From contig JAHHIM010000072.1 in the NCBI GenBank assembly GCA_019358915.1, forward strand, positions 1 through 10,065: a stretch of DNA of 10,065 nucleotides, written 5' to 3'. The position numbers and the translations under genes were made by a program. The notes below the pieces were generated by a model. That model made no database searches and was not told the origin of the DNA. It was given only the letters and a program-made list of their open reading frames with translations. This DNA comes from Trichormus sp. ATA11-4-KO1. GTDB taxonomy: Bacteria; Cyanobacteriota; Cyanobacteriia; Cyanobacteriales; Nostocaceae. Positions 7,373 to 10,065 of this stretch are shown here, piece after piece (the stretch's first letter is position 1; the number at the start of each line of letters is the position of its first letter).

Positions 7373-7653
7373 ACCCCTTCGGGGAATTCAAAATTATTAA
7401 TTCAAAATTCAAAATTGAAGAGATTAATGGGGACAAAACAATTCAAAATTATCAATTCAAAATTCAAAATTATTTCTTCTTCATTTTGCATTTTGCATTT
7501 TGCATTTTGAATTCCCGTAGGGGACTCACCACTAATCTAAGACCGTCAAATCAGAGATTGTGACGGGGGCTTGAACGAGCGAATGAATCAATTCCAAAAT
7601 TTTTCTTATTCTTCATTTTGAATTTTGAATTTTGAATTTTGAATTTAAAAAAG
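7373..7653. mobile_element. 281-bp non-coding MITE-like element with (TTCAAAA)n / (ATTTTGA)n arms
   Basis: Flanked by a 4-bp direct repeat GTCA (7369-7372, 7654-7657). Its removal restores the transposase frame (ELV-REV). It has inverted heptamer arms and internal hairpins. Confidence 0.85.
7435..7521. mobile_element. Nested ~87-bp related heptamer-armed element
   Basis: Flanked by a direct repeat GGGGAC (7429-7434, 7520-7525). Its left arm 7440-7471 matches the outer left arm 7385-7416 at 31/32 nt. Right arm is (CATTTTG)x4. Confidence 0.7.
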
Positions 7654-8544
7654 GTCAGAGAAGTCGCTGGACAAATGGAAGCTACAATTCGGCATCTGAA
7701 CGCAACAATGCCTGATTTGCTACCAGGTTATCGAGTGATGATTTCCGGTTAGTGGGTCAAAGCCATAGTGGTACTGTATTTGAGCAAAACATCATTTTGA
7801 GTGCCGATGATGGTCAACTGTTAAAGGCACGTCGTGTAAAAGTTTGTTTAGAGCAGCCTAATCGTGACGGTGACAGGGAAATTTTTATTCTCACTAATTT
7901 GTCGTCTGAGGTTATAGATGCGCTTTTGATAGCCCAACTGTATCGCCAACGTTGGAAACTCGAAACTTTGTTTCAAGTCCTGACGGAAAACCTCTGCTGT
8001 GAGATTAATACATTAGGCTACCCAAAAGCAGCTTTATTTACCTTCTGTATCGCTTTAGTCGCCTACAATGTGCTGTCTGTGGTTAAGGCTGCACTCAGGA
8101 GTGTTCATGGGAATGACAAGATTGAAACGGAAGTTTCCAGCTACTACTTAGCTGACGAAATCAGGGGTACTTACCGGGGGATGATGATTGCAATTCCCCC
8201 TGAAGAATGGCGTGTTTTTCACAACATGACCTTCATGGAATTATCGCAAATTCTCAAACATCTGGCAGGTCTTGCCAAGCTGAGAGCTTTTCGCCGCCAC
8301 CCAAGAGGCCCAAAGATTGCTCAACCAAAACGAACTTATCTTAAGAACAAGCCCCATGTCTCAACTGCTAAGATTTTAGCCCAGAAAACACAGAACATTA
8401 ACACACCTTGAAAGGGCTACTCCTAGAACCTTGCTTTTTACGAAGATCATTTGACTTTAATCACATTTAAATGATCAGTAACCAATCCAGAAATCGAGTT
8501 TATTGGCGATCACTGCATAAAGTATATAGAAGATCGTGAAAAGC

Positions 8545-8572
8545 TTGTAAAGCTTTACCTGTGTTGTACAAT
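8545..8572 (+). promoter_or_regulatory. Putative sigma70 promoter TTGTAA-N16-TACAAT overlapped by palindrome GTAAAGCTTTAC
   Basis: TTGTAA at 8545-8550, TACAAT at 8567-8572 and a 12-bp perfect palindrome at 8547-8558, 50 nt upstream of ATG 8623. Confidence 0.35.
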
Positions 8573-8622
8573 GGATAAGCATTTCCAAGCTTTGCAAATA
8601 CCATATAAGAAAATGAAACAAG

Positions 8623-9987
8623 ATGGCTCAATCAATACAATCACTTCATGTCCGTCGATTTAAAGGAATCTTAGATGCTCCTTTTGATGTCTCTTCTATG
8701 ACCGTTTTAATTGGAGCAAATAATTCAGGAAAAAGTACTATTGCACAGTTGATTCATTTTACAATTGGTCTACTCCAGGCTGTAACTCTTGCAGATAGGT
8801 ATGGAAATCAAGAGTCAATTTCAGTAAGTCTTAGTCCTCAACAACTATTGTACTCACCATGTTCCGATCTTTATGCACTTGGTCATAATGGAAGGCTTAA
8901 AGAAGATGCTAATTCTGCAATAGAAATAGATGTCAATCTAAGTGATGGCAATACAATAAAGGTAACTATAAAAAGAGGTCGAAATGGCAACATAACTGTC
9001 ACTATATTAAATACAGAATCTGCAAAGTCAATAGCATCTCTCTCTGAGCCTTTTACTATCTATTCTCCTGGATTAGCTGGAATATCTAGACATGAAACAT
9101 ATATGTCTGATGGAGTACTTCTAAGAACTATTGCAAGGGGGGACGCAAACCTTGTATTTCGCAATGTTCTCCTTCGATTGTCTGCACAAAATAGAAAAGA
9201 TGATTGGGATTCATTTATTGGTGATCTCCAAGAAATTTTTTCAAATATTTCTATAAAGGTAGATTTTAATAAAGAAACTGATGAATATATTTTAGTGACT
9301 GTTGATTCTGGTACAGGTAGAAATATACCTGTTGAACTTGCTGGTACTGGGATTCTTCAGGCTGTACAAATTCTTGCTTATGTACACTATTTTCATCCAT
9401 CGGTGATTATATTAGATGAGCCAGATTCTCATCTTCATCCAAATAATCAGAGATTATTATGCCGACTTCTTCAGTCAGTTTCTGAAGATCGAGCAACACA
9501 AGTAATTCTAACCACTCATTCACGTCATGTCGTTGATACATTAAGTGGACAGGCAATGTTTTTATGGGTCAGATCTGGAACCGTTGAAAGATTTGAGCAA
9601 GATTATGACCTTGCTGTTCTGCTAGATATTGGTGCATTAGATATCAAAGAAATGGTTAAACATTCCAACTCTAACCGTTGCATTGTTTTAACCGAAGATA
9701 CTCATAAACATTCACTTGAGAAGCTTCTATGGTCGTCTGATATCCCTGAAAGTGACACCTTAGTTCTTGCATACCACGGATGTACTTCTCCACAAAGCCT
9801 TCGACCTCTTATAGATTTGATACGATCTGGCAACTCTACAGCAACTATAATTGTGCATCGTGATCGTGATTACTTGAATGACACAGAAGCTGTGAACTGG
9901 CAGACACAAATTAGAAACTTGCAAGCTAGACCATTTCTTACAACCCACCTTCCGCACCCTAACTGTCACACATCAACAAAAAGCTGA
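8623..9987 (+). CDS. ABC-type (AAA_15/AAA_21-like) ATPase fused to a TOPRIM-like domain, OLD-family ATP-dependent nuclease-like; probably C-terminally truncated at ~9943
   Basis: N-terminal IQSLHVRRFKGI, Walker A GANNSGKS, degenerate signature LAGTG, Walker B/D-loop IILDEPDSHLHP and H-loop LTTHS. The C-terminal CIVLTED...IVHRDRD matches the TOPRIM E and DxD residues. The last ~14 codons run into an IS-like end. Confidence 0.8.
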   Translation: MAQSIQSLHVRRFKGILDAPFDVSSMTVLIGANNSGKSTIAQLIHFTIGLLQAVTLADRYGNQESISVSLSPQQLLYSPCSDLYALGHNGRLKEDANSAIEIDVNLSDGNTIKVTIKRGRNGNITVTILNTESAKSIASLSEPFTIYSPGLAGISRHETYMSDGVLLRTIARGDANLVFRNVLLRLSAQNRKDDWDSFIGDLQEIFSNISIKVDFNKETDEYILVTVDSGTGRNIPVELAGTGILQAVQILAYVHYFHPSVIILDEPDSHLHPNNQRLLCRLLQSVSEDRATQVILTTHSRHVVDTLSGQAMFLWVRSGTVERFEQDYDLAVLLDIGALDIKEMVKHSNSNRCIVLTEDTHKHSLEKLLWSSDIPESDTLVLAYHGCTSPQSLRPLIDLIRSGNSTATIIVHRDRDYLNDTEAVNWQTQIRNLQARPFLTTHLPHPNCHTSTKS

Positions 9988-10065
9988 CGGAGTAGTACAT
10001 AAGAACTAAGTTAGATTCAAGATTCCAGAGACTTAATGAGAATAAGTAGTATTAAGTCTCTTGAT
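9944..10065. mobile_element. Probable start or end of an insertion sequence interrupting the ATPase gene
   Basis: Begins CCCACCTTCCGCAC, a 13/14 inverted match to 112-125. The ORF loses protein-like character here (HLPHPNCHTSTKS*). Contains the hairpin AGAGACTTAAT-13 nt-ATTAAGTCTCT (10027-10061). Confidence 0.5.

Larger units (their letters stand above)
7064..8411 (+). pseudogene. IS4-family transposase pseudogene
   Basis: Fragments in order: MLLGQVFERFIKESPVSVM...ERSAK (from 7064); 1-nt frameshift at ~7186-7190 into TQYTRELLFSTVVNLMSLVVCG...NGELV; insertion 7373-7653; REVAGQME...LLPGYRVMI to 7743; frame jump or deletion; then a C-terminal part with the YRQRWKLETLF (Y-x2-R-x3-E) IS4 signature, ending at TGA 8409-8411 inside the right IR. 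Confidence 0.88.
6984..8418 (+). mobile_element. IS4-family insertion sequence, decayed
   Basis: Perfect terminal inverted repeat TAGCCCTTTCAAGGTGT (6983-6999) / ACACCTTGAAAGGGCTA (8403-8419). ACT is duplicated at 6981-6983 and 8419-8421. Transposase remnants lie inside. Confidence 0.88.

Noticed and set aside
7231..7563. 110-aa ORF as an independent gene
   Set aside because: Chimera of a transposase fragment (to 7372) reading into heptamer repeats of the inserted element.
7385..7646. Repeat cluster as a CRISPR array
   Set aside because: The repeats are 7-nt tandem units in inverted arms, not 25-40 nt direct repeats with unique spacers. No cas genes are present.
9760..9969. 69-aa minus-strand ORF
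   Set aside because: Antisense to the ATPase gene and starts within the IS-like end.
9994..10004. 11-mer AGTACATAAGA shared with the patX promoter region (minus strand 4068-4058)
   Set aside because: An AT-rich 11-nt match is expected by chance in 10 kb, and there is no TCCGGA at the corresponding spacing.

Overview
A 10-kb segment from a heterocyst-forming (Nostocales-like) cyanobacterium. The assignment rests on nine HIP1 octamers (GCGATCGC), heptamer STRR arrays and a patX gene. The conserved core is ycf66 (-), gnd (+), patX (-, encoding the RGSGR heterocyst-patterning peptide, with a DIF1 TCCGGA motif and a perfect NtcA box upstream) and an FAD-dependent oxidoreductase (-). This core is flanked on each side by a different DUF433/DUF5615 (PIN-like) toxin-antitoxin pair, each closely bracketed by HIP1 sites. 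The right part is accessory. It holds a decayed IS4-family element (frameshift, internal deletion, and a 281-bp heptamer-armed insertion that itself contains a second related insertion), then an AT-rich ABC-type ATPase/TOPRIM (OLD-like, possibly anti-phage) gene that appears cut off by an IS end. A matching IS-like terminal repeat lies at the left edge of the window. No wholly new multi-gene system can be demonstrated from sequence alone. The most unusual signals are the nested small mobile repeats, the HIP1-bounded TA cassettes and the interrupted OLD-like gene.
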